From: an uncultured Candidatus Rokubacteria bacterium
GTDB lineage: Bacteria; Methylomirabilota; Methylomirabilia; Rokubacteriales; DASRDR01
Assembly (NCBI GenBank): GCA_963708025.1
Contig: CAVPSB010000014.1
Span: 64,001-128,000 of the forward strand
Direction: 5' to 3'
DNA: 64,000 bases
Part shown: positions 47,621-56,593 of the stretch, piece after piece
How positions within the stretch are numbered: the first letter of the stretch is position 1
How the letters are laid out: each line of letters opens with the position of its first letter
The notes under the pieces: model-generated
The model's input: the letters and a program-made list of their open reading frames with translations, nothing else
Told to the model about the DNA's origin: nothing
Database searches by the model: none
Program-made: the position numbers and the translations under genes

Positions 47621-48652
47621 GTGAACGGCTCGGATCTCGGCTCGCTGCGTGCCCGGCTCGTCCTGCCCTTCGCGCTGGTGCTGGGGGTGGTGGCGGTGGG
47701 CACCGCCGGCTACTACGTGCTCTGGCGGGACACCGGCGGCTCCTGGCTGGACGCGCTGTTCATGACCGTCACCACCATCACCACGATCGGCTACGGCGAG
47801 GTCCGGCCGCTGACCGGCGCCGGCCGCGTCTTCACCATGGTCCTCGCCTTCGTCGGCATCGGGAGCCTCTTCTACACGCTGGGCGCGGTGATGGAGTACC
47901 TGGTCAGCGCGCGGCTGGCCGACCCGAAGGGGGTGCACCGGATGGAGCGCCGGATCGAGGAGCTGAGCGGGCACGTGATCGTGGCGGGGCTGGGGCGGGT
48001 GGGCCGCCAGGCCGCCCAGGAGCTGGCCGCGGCCGGCCGGCCGCTGGTGGCGGTGGACTCCGGGGAGGCGGCCGCGCGCCACGCCGAAGAGCGCGGCTAC
48101 CTCCACCTGCGGGGCGACGCCACCGAGGACGCGGTCCTGGAGCGGGCGGGGGTGCGCCGGGCCGGCGGGCTCATCGTCACCACGGGCCACGACGCCACCA
48201 ACATGTACATCGTCCTCTCGGCCCGGGTCCTCAACCCGGTGCTCTACATCGTCTCGCGGGCCGTGGACGAGTCGAGCGTGACGAAGCTGACCCGGGCCGG
48301 CGCCAACCGCGCCATCAGCCCGTACGCCATCGGGGGACACCGGCTGGCCCACCTGATCCTCAGCCCGGCGGTGATCGACTTCTTCGAGACGGCGCTCCGG
48401 CGTGGGTCGGAGGCGCTCGTCATCGAGGACATCGCGGTGCCCAACGAGAGCCGGGCGCTCGGGCAGACCCTGGAGACCCTCGACATCCGCCGGGCCACCG
48501 GCGCCACCGTCCTCGCCATCCTGCGGGACGGGAGCCCGGTCGGCCTGTCCGGCGACCTGGTGATCCAGGCCGGGGACCGCCTGCTGGCCCTGGGCACCGG
48601 CGAGCAGCTCAAGCGGCTGGAGCGCCTCCTGGCCGGTGGGTCAGGGTCATGA
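47621..48652 (+). CDS. Potassium channel protein (Ion_trans_2 + TrkA-N + TrkA-C)
   Basis: TTIGYG selectivity filter; GLGRVG; RCK domains. Confidence 0.93.
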   Translation: MNGSDLGSLRARLVLPFALVLGVVAVGTAGYYVLWRDTGGSWLDALFMTVTTITTIGYGEVRPLTGAGRVFTMVLAFVGIGSLFYTLGAVMEYLVSARLADPKGVHRMERRIEELSGHVIVAGLGRVGRQAAQELAAAGRPLVAVDSGEAAARHAEERGYLHLRGDATEDAVLERAGVRRAGGLIVTTGHDATNMYIVLSARVLNPVLYIVSRAVDESSVTKLTRAGANRAISPYAIGGHRLAHLILSPAVIDFFETALRRGSEALVIEDIAVPNESRALGQTLETLDIRRATGATVLAILRDGSPVGLSGDLVIQAGDRLLALGTGEQLKRLERLLAGGSGS

Positions 48653-49879
48653 TGCGCCGGCTGATCGGCGCGGTGTGCCTCGTGGCGTGCTCCGGGCTCG
48701 CGCACGCGGAGCCGGTCGCGCTGCCTGACGACCTCCAGCTGCCGCCGCCCGCCGCTGCCCGAGGCGACGGCGTCCATCCGATGCTCGGCGTCTGGGTCGG
48801 CGACGCCTGGAGCGGTGTGCTTCCCCACGTCCTCGTCGTGGAGAGCGTGGCCAGCGACGGCCAGGCGACGGTCGTCTACGCCGTCGGCGACGGGCCCGAA
48901 TGGAAGATCGCGGCGGCCTGGTCGAGGGTGACCGCGCGGATCGCCGACGGGACGCTGTCCTTCACGCTTCGGGGCGGGGCGGCCAGGGTGCGGTATGCCC
49001 TGACCCCGGTCGGTCGGCTGGAGGGACACTTCGACACGGACCGCTCGGGCGCGCTCGTCGTGCTGCACCGCGTGGAGCCGGCGACTCGCGATGCGCTGGC
49101 CGCGACTGGTCGCCGGCGAGACGTACCGGGTCGAGCCCGAGCCGATCTTCATCCCCGTGACGCCGGGCGCCGGGCCGGCGGTCCGGCTCGAGGCCACGCT
49201 CTACCGGCCCGACCGATCGGGCCGATTCCCCCTGGTGGTGTTCAACCACGGCTCGACGGGGCCCGGCGCCATTCCGGCGTCTCTCACCCTGACGTTCCAA
49301 GCGCAGGCCCACTACTTCGTGCGCCGTGGCTTTGCCGTCGTGGTGCCGATGCGCAAGGGGCGCGGCGCCTCGGAGGGCTCCTACGACGAGCCCTACGGCT
49401 GCGGGCCGGATGTGGTGGCGACGGGGGTGTCGAGTGCCCTCGGCGACGTGGACAGCGTCCTCGACTACGTGCTGCAGCAGGCCTACGTCGACGGCGACCG
49501 GCTGCTGATGGCCGGACAGTCGCGGGGCGGCTACCTGTCGGTCGTGTACGCGGCCCGCGGTCGCCATCGGAGCCGGCTGCGCGCGGTGATCAATTTCGCC
49601 GGCGGCTGGTCGGGCCAGCGCTGCGGCGATCGCAACTCGCCCGGCTATGCGGACGCCGGACGGGCCACGCGGCTCCCGATGCTGTGGCTCTACGGGGAGG
49701 GGGATTCCTACTACTCGGCGGCCGCCATCCGCGGGTACTTCGAGTCGTTCGAGAAGGCCGGCGGCAACGGGCGCCTGGTGCTGTTCGGCGGGCTGCCGCG
49801 AGACGGCCACCGGCTGGTGGACTTCGTCCCGGTGTGGAAGCCCGAGGCCGACCGGTTCCTCGAATCGCTGGGCTTCTGA
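48649..49879 (+). CDS. Secreted dienelactone hydrolase / alpha-beta hydrolase with an extra N-terminal domain; frameshift near 49095
   Basis: Signal peptide; FPLVVFNHGS, GQSRGG nucleophile elbow, DGH. Confidence 0.8.
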
Positions 49880-49895
49880 CGCGGGCCCTTCCGTT

Positions 49896-49933
49896 CCCTC
49901 TCCCCCGGAGGGGGAGAGGGCCAGGGTGAGGGG
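49896..49933 (+). repeat. Family B (BoxC-like) repeat between convergent genes
   Basis: CCCTCTCCCCCGGAGGGGGAGAGGGCCAGGGTGAGGGG. Confidence 0.85.
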
Positions 49934-49942
49934 GCGTCGTGT

Positions 49943-50929
49943 CTAGCTGACGCTGGCGAAGACGCGCTCGATGTTGGTCAGGATCCCCGTGCGCCAGGGC
50001 CGGTAGGCGCCGTACTTGGAGAAGGCCTGCTCGTAGGCCGGCGCCAGCCGATCCGGCACCCGCTGCTTGACCTCGTCCAGCGAGGCACCGGTCAGGACCT
50101 CCTGGCGCACCGCGTCCACCAGGTCCTCGACGTAGCCGCGGAAGACGGCGAGCCACTCCCGGCCGGCCGGCTCGCCGTGGCCCAGGAGCAGGAGGTCGGC
50201 GTCGAGCCGCTCGAGCCGCCGGAGCGTCGGGCCCCAGTCCTCGGGGTAGCCGTCGCCCATGAACGGCGCCCACGCGATCACGGCGTCGCCGGTGACCACC
50301 AGCTTCTCCTTCGGCAGGTGGACGAAGACGTCGCCCTCGGTGTGGGCCCGCCCCAGGTAGAGCAGGTGGATCTCCCGGTCCCGCTTGAAGATCCGCATCG
50401 TGTTCTCGAAGGCCAGGGTCGGCAGGGTCGGCTCGAGCGCGCGGATCTCTTCCAGGTAGGCCTCGGCCTGCTGGAGGTTCCAGGCCAGCTCGGCCCGCTG
50501 CTCGGGCCCGGTGGCGGCGGCCAGGTCGGCCCGGAGCTTCACGATCTCAGCCGGCACCGAGCGGACGTGGTCCTGGATCCGCTTGAGGCTCTTCCGGATC
50601 ATCGCCTCCCGGGTGATGGTGTTGGTGATGACTTCCACGTTGGGGTAGGTCGCCGGGTACACCTCGTTGCCCTGCCAGTGGTCCCAGTGGAAGTGGGTGT
50701 TGACCACGTAGCGCACCGGCTCCCGGGTGATGTCCCGGAGCTGCTGGACGACCGCCCGGGCCGCCGAGGGCTTCGAGTGCGAGTCCACGATCAGGACGCC
50801 GTCGCCGGTCTCGATGATGGCGGTGTTGGAGTTGACCTTGTAGGCCGGCGCCGCCACCGCCACGTGAACCCCGTCGGCCACCTTCCGGAACTCGAACAGC
50901 GGGGCTCGGGGAGCGTGCCGGGTCGACAT
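49943..50929 (-). CDS. MBL-fold metallohydrolase (cyclase-like)
   Basis: NTHFHWDHWQGN, AHTEGD, TGD, GHG. Confidence 0.9.
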   Translation of the reverse strand: MSTRHAPRAPLFEFRKVADGVHVAVAAPAYKVNSNTAIIETGDGVLIVDSHSKPSAARAVVQQLRDITREPVRYVVNTHFHWDHWQGNEVYPATYPNVEVITNTITREAMIRKSLKRIQDHVRSVPAEIVKLRADLAAATGPEQRAELAWNLQQAEAYLEEIRALEPTLPTLAFENTMRIFKRDREIHLLYLGRAHTEGDVFVHLPKEKLVVTGDAVIAWAPFMGDGYPEDWGPTLRRLERLDADLLLLGHGEPAGREWLAVFRGYVEDLVDAVRQEVLTGASLDEVKQRVPDRLAPAYEQAFSKYGAYRPWRTGILTNIERVFASVS

Positions 50930-50959
50930 TGGCGCCTCCTGGTCAGTTGCGGGGGATTC

Positions 50960-51187
50960 TCATCGCAGCCGAAGATAGTCCTCGACGGAAAAGCCTGCGT
51001 CCTCGAGGATGCGCGCGGCGAGACCTCGACCGATGTCGGCCCCGGTGTGGATCGGAACGGTGGCTGCTACCCGCCGCTCCTCGTGCCAGAACGTCAGGTG
51101 ACTGCCAGTCTGTCGATCCTCGACGAAACCCTGTGACTTGAGGAATCGCACCAGCTCACGCGCAGTGAGCTGGGGCAGCCGCGGCAT
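50960..51187 (-). CDS. hicA: HicA family mRNA interferase toxin
   Basis: MPRLPQLTARELVRFLKSQGF..RQTGSH...VPIH. Confidence 0.9.
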   Translation of the reverse strand: MPRLPQLTARELVRFLKSQGFVEDRQTGSHLTFWHEERRVAATVPIHTGADIGRGLAARILEDAGFSVEDYLRLR

Positions 51188-51423
51188 CAGGGAACCCCGA
51201 CGGTCAACTCCTCGACGTGAACGAGCCGCTCGTTCTGCGGAACCGACTGGCCGTGGGCCAGCAGGGCCTCGATGTGCTGCTGAATCGCTTCGCGGATGTT
51301 CCGCTTGGCCTCCTCGATCGTCTTGCCGTTGCTGAAGCAGCCGGGAAGGGTAGGACTGTAGGCCGCGTAGCCGTCGTCCTCGGCTTCCTTCTCGATGACG
51401 ATCTCGAAGGTGTAGAAACGCAT
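51187..51423 (-). CDS. hicB: HicB family antitoxin (short, no DNA-binding domain)
   Basis: YSPTLPGCFSNGKTIEEAKRNIREAI; TGATG overlap with hicA. Confidence 0.9.
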   Translation of the reverse strand: MRFYTFEIVIEKEAEDDGYAAYSPTLPGCFSNGKTIEEAKRNIREAIQQHIEALLAHGQSVPQNERLVHVEELTVGVP

Positions 51424-51449
51424 GGCGCACGATCCTCCCGACCCCCATT

Positions 51450-51884
51450 CTATCCCAGGCTGCCGGCGCCCTCGATCTCGAACGAGGTGGTGAAGGCGAT
51501 GTCTTCCCGGAGCGAGTGCCACACCGAGCAGTACTTCTCGCGGGAGAGCGCCAGGGCCCGCTCGACCTTCTCGGGCGGCACCTCGCCGGTCACGACGAAG
51601 TGGAGGTCGATCTTCACGAAGCGCCGGGGCTCCTCGCTCCGCCGCTCGCCGACGAGCCGGGCCCGGAGGCCGCGGAGCGGCGCCCGCCCCTTGACGAGGA
51701 TCGCGACCACGTCGCTGGCCATGCAGCCGGCCAGCGCGAAGGCCAGCGCCTGGACCGGCGACGGCCCGGCCGCCCTGGCCGCATCGATCACCAGCGAGAC
51801 CGTCTCGGCACGGCCCCTGAACCGGAGATCGCCCTCCCACTCGAGGTCGAGCGTGACAGGCGGTGGGGGCGGCGGCGTCGCCAT
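51450..51884 (-). CDS. OsmC/YhfA family protein
   Basis: GPSP, ALAGCMASD, EKYCSV. Confidence 0.9.
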   Translation of the reverse strand: MATPPPPPPVTLDLEWEGDLRFRGRAETVSLVIDAARAAGPSPVQALAFALAGCMASDVVAILVKGRAPLRGLRARLVGERRSEEPRRFVKIDLHFVVTGEVPPEKVERALALSREKYCSVWHSLREDIAFTTSFEIEGAGSLG

Positions 51885-51896
51885 GGCGGTCCGATT

Positions 51897-52721
51897 CTAT
51901 CGCAACCGGGGATCGAGGGCTTCCCGGAGCCCCTCGCCGAGGAAGTTGACGCCGGCCACCGCGGCCACGATCGCCAGCCCCGGGAAGATGCCGAGCCACG
52001 GTGCCTCGACGAAGTGCACCTGGGCCGCGTGGAGCATGCCGCCCCAGGTGGCGGTCGGCGGCGGCACGCCGAAGCCGAGGAAGGACAGTGCCGACTCGAT
52101 CAGGATCGCGTTGGCGACCAGGAGGGTGCCGGCGACCAGCACGGGGGCGATCACGTTCGGCATGACGTGGCGCGCCAGGATCCGGAGGCGCCCGGCGCCG
52201 AGGCCGCGGGCGGCCTCGACGAACGGCCAGCCGGCCAGGCCGAGGACCTGGCCGCGCACCAGGCGGGCGACGGTGGTCCACGACAGGAGCGACAGCACGA
52301 GGATCAGCCGGCCCGGCGTGAGCTGGACGAGCGCCGCCGCCACCATGGCCAGGGCGAGGGTCGGGATGGACAGGAGCGCGTCCACCAGCGCGGCCACGGT
52401 CGTGTCGACCCAGCCGCGGAGGTAGCCGGCGAGGCCGCCGAGGACGCTGCCGAGCCCGACCGCGGCGACGGCGACGCCCACGCCGAGGAGCAGGGAGGCG
52501 CGACCGGCGTGGAGCAGGCGGCTCAGCACGTCGCGCCCGATCTCGTCGGTGCCGAGCCAGCCCGCGGGGCCCGGCGCCCGCAGCATCGCGCGGAGGTCAA
52601 CCGCGTCCGGCGGGCGGGGCGCCAGCCAGGGGGCGGCGAGGGCGGCCAGGGCCAGGACGGCGAGCGTCAGGGCGCCGGCCATGCCCAGCGGGGACGACCG
52701 GAACCGCCGCCAGGCGGTCAC
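51897..52721 (-). CDS. ABC permease (DppC/OppC-like)
   Basis: LGTDEIGRDVLSR, HVMPN, ESALSFLG, LREALDP. Confidence 0.92.
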   Translation of the reverse strand: MTAWRRFRSSPLGMAGALTLAVLALAALAAPWLAPRPPDAVDLRAMLRAPGPAGWLGTDEIGRDVLSRLLHAGRASLLLGVGVAVAAVGLGSVLGGLAGYLRGWVDTTVAALVDALLSIPTLALAMVAAALVQLTPGRLILVLSLLSWTTVARLVRGQVLGLAGWPFVEAARGLGAGRLRILARHVMPNVIAPVLVAGTLLVANAILIESALSFLGFGVPPPTATWGGMLHAAQVHFVEAPWLGIFPGLAIVAAVAGVNFLGEGLREALDPRLR

Positions 52722-53683
52722 CGGGCTTCCTCGCTCACCCGGACCCGCGGGTCGATCCACCCGTAGGCGAGATCGGTCGCGAGGTTGGTGACCACGACCG
52801 CCACCGCCAGCAGCATCAGCACGCCAAGCGCGACGGGATAGTCGCGCGCGAGCAGGCTCGCCGTCAGGAGCCGGCCGAGCCCGGGCCAGGCGAAGACGAC
52901 CTCGGTCACCATGGCCCCGGCCAGGATCCGGGGGGTCTCGAGCCCGATCACCGTCACCAGCGGGATGGCCGCGTTGGGCAGGGCGTGCCGGAGGAGCAGG
53001 CCACCCTCGCGGACGCCCTTGGCGCGGCCGGTCCGGACGTAGTCCTCGCGGAGCGTCTCATTGAGTCCCGCCTGGACGTAGCGGGTCCACTGGGCCACGT
53101 AGACGGAGCCGAGCACCATCACCGGCGCCGCCAGGTGGGCCAGCCGATCCGTCAGCGAGAACGCGCCGCCGATCGTCGCCATGCCGCCGGCCGGGATCCA
53201 CCGGAGCCAGACGGCGAACACCAGGATGACGAGGGTCCCGCTCCAGAAGGTCGGCACGCTCATGCCCAGGACGGCGAGCGCCTGGACGCCCGCCTGCAGG
53301 CCGCGTCGGCGGGTCGCCGCGGCGGCGGCGCCGAAGGCGAGCCCGAGGATCAGCGAGAAGGCGAGCGCGCTCCCGCTCAGGGCCAGCGTCGCCGGTAACC
53401 GCTCGAGGACGACCGCGGCGACCGCCCGGTGCTCGCCGAAGGACTGGCCCCAGTCGCCGGTGACGGCCCGGCGGAGCCAGATGCCGTACTGGGCGAGCAG
53501 TGGGCGATCGAGGCCCCAGAGCGTCCGGAGGCGCGCGACGGCGTCCGGCGAGGCCGAGGGGTCAGCGGCGTAGATGTCGGCGGGGCCGCCGGGCGGCACC
53601 TGGAGCAGCAGGAAGAGGAGCAGCGAGATGAAGAGGAGGCGGGCGCCGGCGCCAAGCACCCGCCTCCCGAGGTAGGAGAGCAT
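52718..53683 (-). CDS. ABC permease (DppB/OppB-like)
   Basis: DYVRTGRAKG, HALPNA, EVVFAWPGLG. Confidence 0.92.
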   Translation of the reverse strand: MLSYLGRRVLGAGARLLFISLLLFLLLQVPPGGPADIYAADPSASPDAVARLRTLWGLDRPLLAQYGIWLRRAVTGDWGQSFGEHRAVAAVVLERLPATLALSGSALAFSLILGLAFGAAAAATRRRGLQAGVQALAVLGMSVPTFWSGTLVILVFAVWLRWIPAGGMATIGGAFSLTDRLAHLAAPVMVLGSVYVAQWTRYVQAGLNETLREDYVRTGRAKGVREGGLLLRHALPNAAIPLVTVIGLETPRILAGAMVTEVVFAWPGLGRLLTASLLARDYPVALGVLMLLAVAVVVTNLATDLAYGWIDPRVRVSEEAR

Positions 53684-53702
53684 CCGGACGGAAGGCGGCG
53701 GG

Positions 53703-53997
53703 CTACTCCCTCGTCCAGTCGGCGGCGTTCCAGAGGCTGCCGACCGGGCTCGGCGCGTAGCCCCGGAGCCGTTTGCTCGCCGCGTTCAGGAGCACCCGCG
53801 GCGCCAGCGGCAGGGTCGGCACGTCCTCGGCCGCCTGGGCCTGGAACGCGCGGATCAGCTCGAGTCGCTTGGGCCGGCTCGGGGTCGTCAGCGCCTGCTT
53901 CAGGAGGTCGAGCGCCGCCTCGTTCCGGTAGCGCTGCCAGTTGGTCCCGAGCCACAAGTTGAAGACGGGCTCCGCCTGAGAACCGCTCGGTGGTCAT
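53703..53997 (-). pseudogene. Peptide ABC substrate-binding protein with most of the gene deleted
   Basis: SD GGGAGG + MTTERFS, followed at once (other frame) by the SBP C-terminus NWQRYRN...AEDVPTLPL...WNAADW. Confidence 0.72.
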
Positions 53998-54065
53998 GCG
54001 CTGTCCTCCCGAGAGAAGGGTGGGCGGTCCGGCGTCGATGGTAACACCAATGCTAGAATCGCGCG

Positions 54066-54848
54066 GTGCGGCTCACGGGCCAGGTGGTCGCCATCACGGG
54101 GGCGGGGGGCGGGATCGGCCGGGCGATCGCCCTCGCCTTCGCCGCCGAGGGGGCCGGCCTGGTCCTCGGCGATCTGATCGACGCCGTCGAGGGCGTGGCC
54201 GACGAGGCGGGACGGGCCGGCGCCCGCGCGCTCGCGGTTCGCTGCGACGTGAGCCGGAGCGAGGACATGCGCGCGCTCGCCGATCGCGCGGTGGCAGAGC
54301 TCGGCGGGCTCGACGTCCTGGTGACCTGCGCCGGCATCGACGGCCCCGGCCTTCTCGCCGAGCAGGACGAGGCGAGCTGGATCCGGGTGATCGACGTGAA
54401 CCTCAACGGGACCTACCGGGCCATCCGGGCCGCGCTCCCCGAGATGATGCGGCGGGGCCGCGGGCGAATCGTGACGATCGCGTCGGTCTTCGGCAAGATG
54501 GGGGGCCACGGCTTCATCACCGCCTACGCCGCCTCCAAGCACGGGGTGGTCGGGCTCACCCGGGCGCTGGCCGCCGAGCTGGGCTCCCAGGGCTACGTGG
54601 GCATCACGGTGAACGCGATCTGCCCGGGCTACGTGCGGGCCGGCATGGGCATCAGGGCGCAATCGACGAAGGCGGGCCCGATGGCGGGGACCGAGATCTT
54701 CGAGCGCTACTACAAGCGGCAGGTGCCCCTCCGGCGGATGATCGAGGCGGAGGAGATCGCCCACGCGGCCGTCTTCCTGGCGCTGCCCGGATCGGGCGGG
54801 ATCACTGGCCAGGCGCTGAACGTGGACGGCGGCTTCATGATGTCCTGA
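54066..54848 (+). CDS. Short-chain dehydrogenase/reductase
   Basis: TGAGGGIG, YAASKHG, NAICPG, NVDGG. Confidence 0.92.
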   Translation: MRLTGQVVAITGAGGGIGRAIALAFAAEGAGLVLGDLIDAVEGVADEAGRAGARALAVRCDVSRSEDMRALADRAVAELGGLDVLVTCAGIDGPGLLAEQDEASWIRVIDVNLNGTYRAIRAALPEMMRRGRGRIVTIASVFGKMGGHGFITAYAASKHGVVGLTRALAAELGSQGYVGITVNAICPGYVRAGMGIRAQSTKAGPMAGTEIFERYYKRQVPLRRMIEAEEIAHAAVFLALPGSGGITGQALNVDGGFMMS

Positions 54849-54867
54849 GGGCGTGAGAAACCGATCC

Positions 54868-54927
54868 TCCGACTCCCCCCTCCCCCCCGGTGGGTGGGGG
54901 AGGGGGGCTGGGGGGGTAGGCGGGAGG
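54868..54927 (-). repeat. Family A repeat, copy 4 (reverse orientation)
   Basis: CCCCCCTCCCCCCCGGTGGGTGGGGGAGGGGGGCTGGGGGGGTAGGCGGGAGG is the reverse complement of copy 2. Confidence 0.9.
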
Positions 54928-54933
54928 AGATAA

Positions 54934-55902
54934 ATGGACTATCGCACGCTTGGGAAGACCGGGCTGCGCGTCTCGGCGCTCGGCTTCGGCTGCGGCAACG
55001 TCGGCGGGCTGATGATCCGCGGGGCGCCGGCCGAGCGCGAGCGGGCGGTGGCCCGGGCGCTCGAGCTGGGCATCAACTACTTCGACACGGCGCCGGCCTA
55101 CGGCGACGGGGTGTCGGAGCGCCACCTGGGCCAGGCCCTCCGGGCGCTCAAGGCCTCGGTGTACGTCGGGACCAAGTTCCGCGTGGAGGCGACGGAGTGG
55201 GGCGACGCCGCGGGGGCCATCACGCGCTCGCTGGAGGCGAGCCTCCAGCGCCTCGGCATGGAGCGCGTGGACCTCTTCCAGCTCCACAACCTCGTCGGCG
55301 CCTCGCCGAGCGCCGACCAGGTTCTCGACGCCGTGGTCCCGGTGCTGGACCGGCTCCGCCAGCAGGGGAAGATCCGGTTCTACGGCATCACCGCGCTCGG
55401 CGAGACGGCCGCCCTCCACCGGGTCATCGACGCCGGCGTGCTCGACACGGCTCAGGTCTGCTACAACCTGCTCGAGCCGAGCGCCGGCGTGGCGGTCCCG
55501 GCCGGCTTCCCGGCCCAGGACTTCGGGCGGCTCCTCGACCACACCCGGCGCCAGGGCGTCGGCGTCATCGTCATCCGGGCCCTGGCCGCCGGGGCGCTCT
55601 CCGGGACCGAGACCCGCCACCCGGTCGCGGTGCCCTCGGTCGAGCCGATCGCCTCCGGGCCCGACTACGCGACGGACGTGCGGCGCGCCCGCCGGCTCGA
55701 GGCCCTGGTCCGCGACGGCCACGCCGGCAGCCTGGTGGAGGCCGCGCTCCGCTTCCCGCTCGGCTCGGAGGCCGTCTCCACCGTGCTCCTCGGCTACTCC
55801 AGCCAGGAGCACCTGGAGTACGCGGCGGCGGCGATGGCGAAGGGGCCGCTCCCGCCGGCGGCCCTCACGGAGCTGGCGAAGCTCTGGCGACAGCTCGCGT
55901 AA
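54934..55902 (+). CDS. Aldo/keto reductase
   Basis: LGKTGLRVSALGFG, FDTAPAYGDG, GTK, DLFQLH. Confidence 0.92.
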   Translation: MDYRTLGKTGLRVSALGFGCGNVGGLMIRGAPAERERAVARALELGINYFDTAPAYGDGVSERHLGQALRALKASVYVGTKFRVEATEWGDAAGAITRSLEASLQRLGMERVDLFQLHNLVGASPSADQVLDAVVPVLDRLRQQGKIRFYGITALGETAALHRVIDAGVLDTAQVCYNLLEPSAGVAVPAGFPAQDFGRLLDHTRRQGVGVIVIRALAAGALSGTETRHPVAVPSVEPIASGPDYATDVRRARRLEALVRDGHAGSLVEAALRFPLGSEAVSTVLLGYSSQEHLEYAAAAMAKGPLPPAALTELAKLWRQLA

Positions 55903-55918
55903 CTTGAGCGGAGACTCG

Positions 55919-55973
55919 TTGACATACGCGACTTCGATCGATAGCATGTTCGACATACGATTAATCGATCGAT
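55919..55973 (+). promoter_or_regulatory. vapBC promoter with two operator-like repeats
   Basis: TTGACA-N17-TAGCAT; GACATACG-N5-TCGATCGAT at 55921 and 55952. Confidence 0.75.
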
Positions 55974-55982
55974 GGAGGCGCC

Positions 55983-56186
55983 ATGACGCTGACGATCTCC
56001 CCGAAGTTCCAGGTGGTCATCCCGAAGGCCATCCGCGAGAGGCTGGGTCTCGCGCCCGGGCAGAAGATCCAGGCGATCCTGTACGAGGACCGCATCGAGC
56101 TGATCCCGCTTCAGCCAGCGCGGCGCTTACGAGGCTTCCTCAAGGGGATCGACACCCGGGTTCCCCGTGAGCCCGATCGCGCATGA
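55983..56186 (+). CDS. vapB: AbrB/MazE-type antitoxin
   Basis: TISPKFQVVIPKAIRERLGL; ATGA overlap with the PIN gene. Confidence 0.9.
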   Translation: MTLTISPKFQVVIPKAIRERLGLAPGQKIQAILYEDRIELIPLQPARRLRGFLKGIDTRVPREPDRA

Positions 56187-56560
56187 ACGTCGTCGATTCG
56201 AGCGCGTGGCTCGAGTACTTTGCCGATGGCCCGAATGCTTCCTTCTTTGCCGGGGCCATCCAGGAGACCGGGTCACTGGTCGTCCCCTCGCTGACGATCT
56301 ACGAGGTCTTTAAGCGTGTCCTTCAGCAGCGAAGCGAGGGTGAGGCGCTGCGTGCCGTCGCTGTCATGCAGCAGGGTTCCGTCGTCGATCTCGATGTTCG
56401 GGTCGCCTTGACCGCCGCCCGCGCGAGCCTGGACGCGCGGCTCCCGATGGCCGACAGCGTCGTCCTGGCGACCGCCCGACTCCACCACGCCACGCTCTGG
56501 ACCCAGGATGCCGATTTCGACGGCATGCCCGGGGTTCGCTACCGCGCCCGGAAGACGTGA
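56183..56560 (+). CDS. vapC: VapC PIN-domain toxin
   Basis: VVDSSAWLEYF, IYEV, MADSVVLATA, TQDADF. Confidence 0.92.
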   Translation: MNVVDSSAWLEYFADGPNASFFAGAIQETGSLVVPSLTIYEVFKRVLQQRSEGEALRAVAVMQQGSVVDLDVRVALTAARASLDARLPMADSVVLATARLHHATLWTQDADFDGMPGVRYRARKT

Positions 56561-56593
56561 CGAGACGCCGCGCCCGTGGCCCGGAGCGGTCGG

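Noticed and set aside
50960-56560. Genomic island or defence island bounded by the two TA modules
   Set aside because: No integrase, tRNA, direct repeats or other defence genes, and the intervening genes look like the rest of the window.
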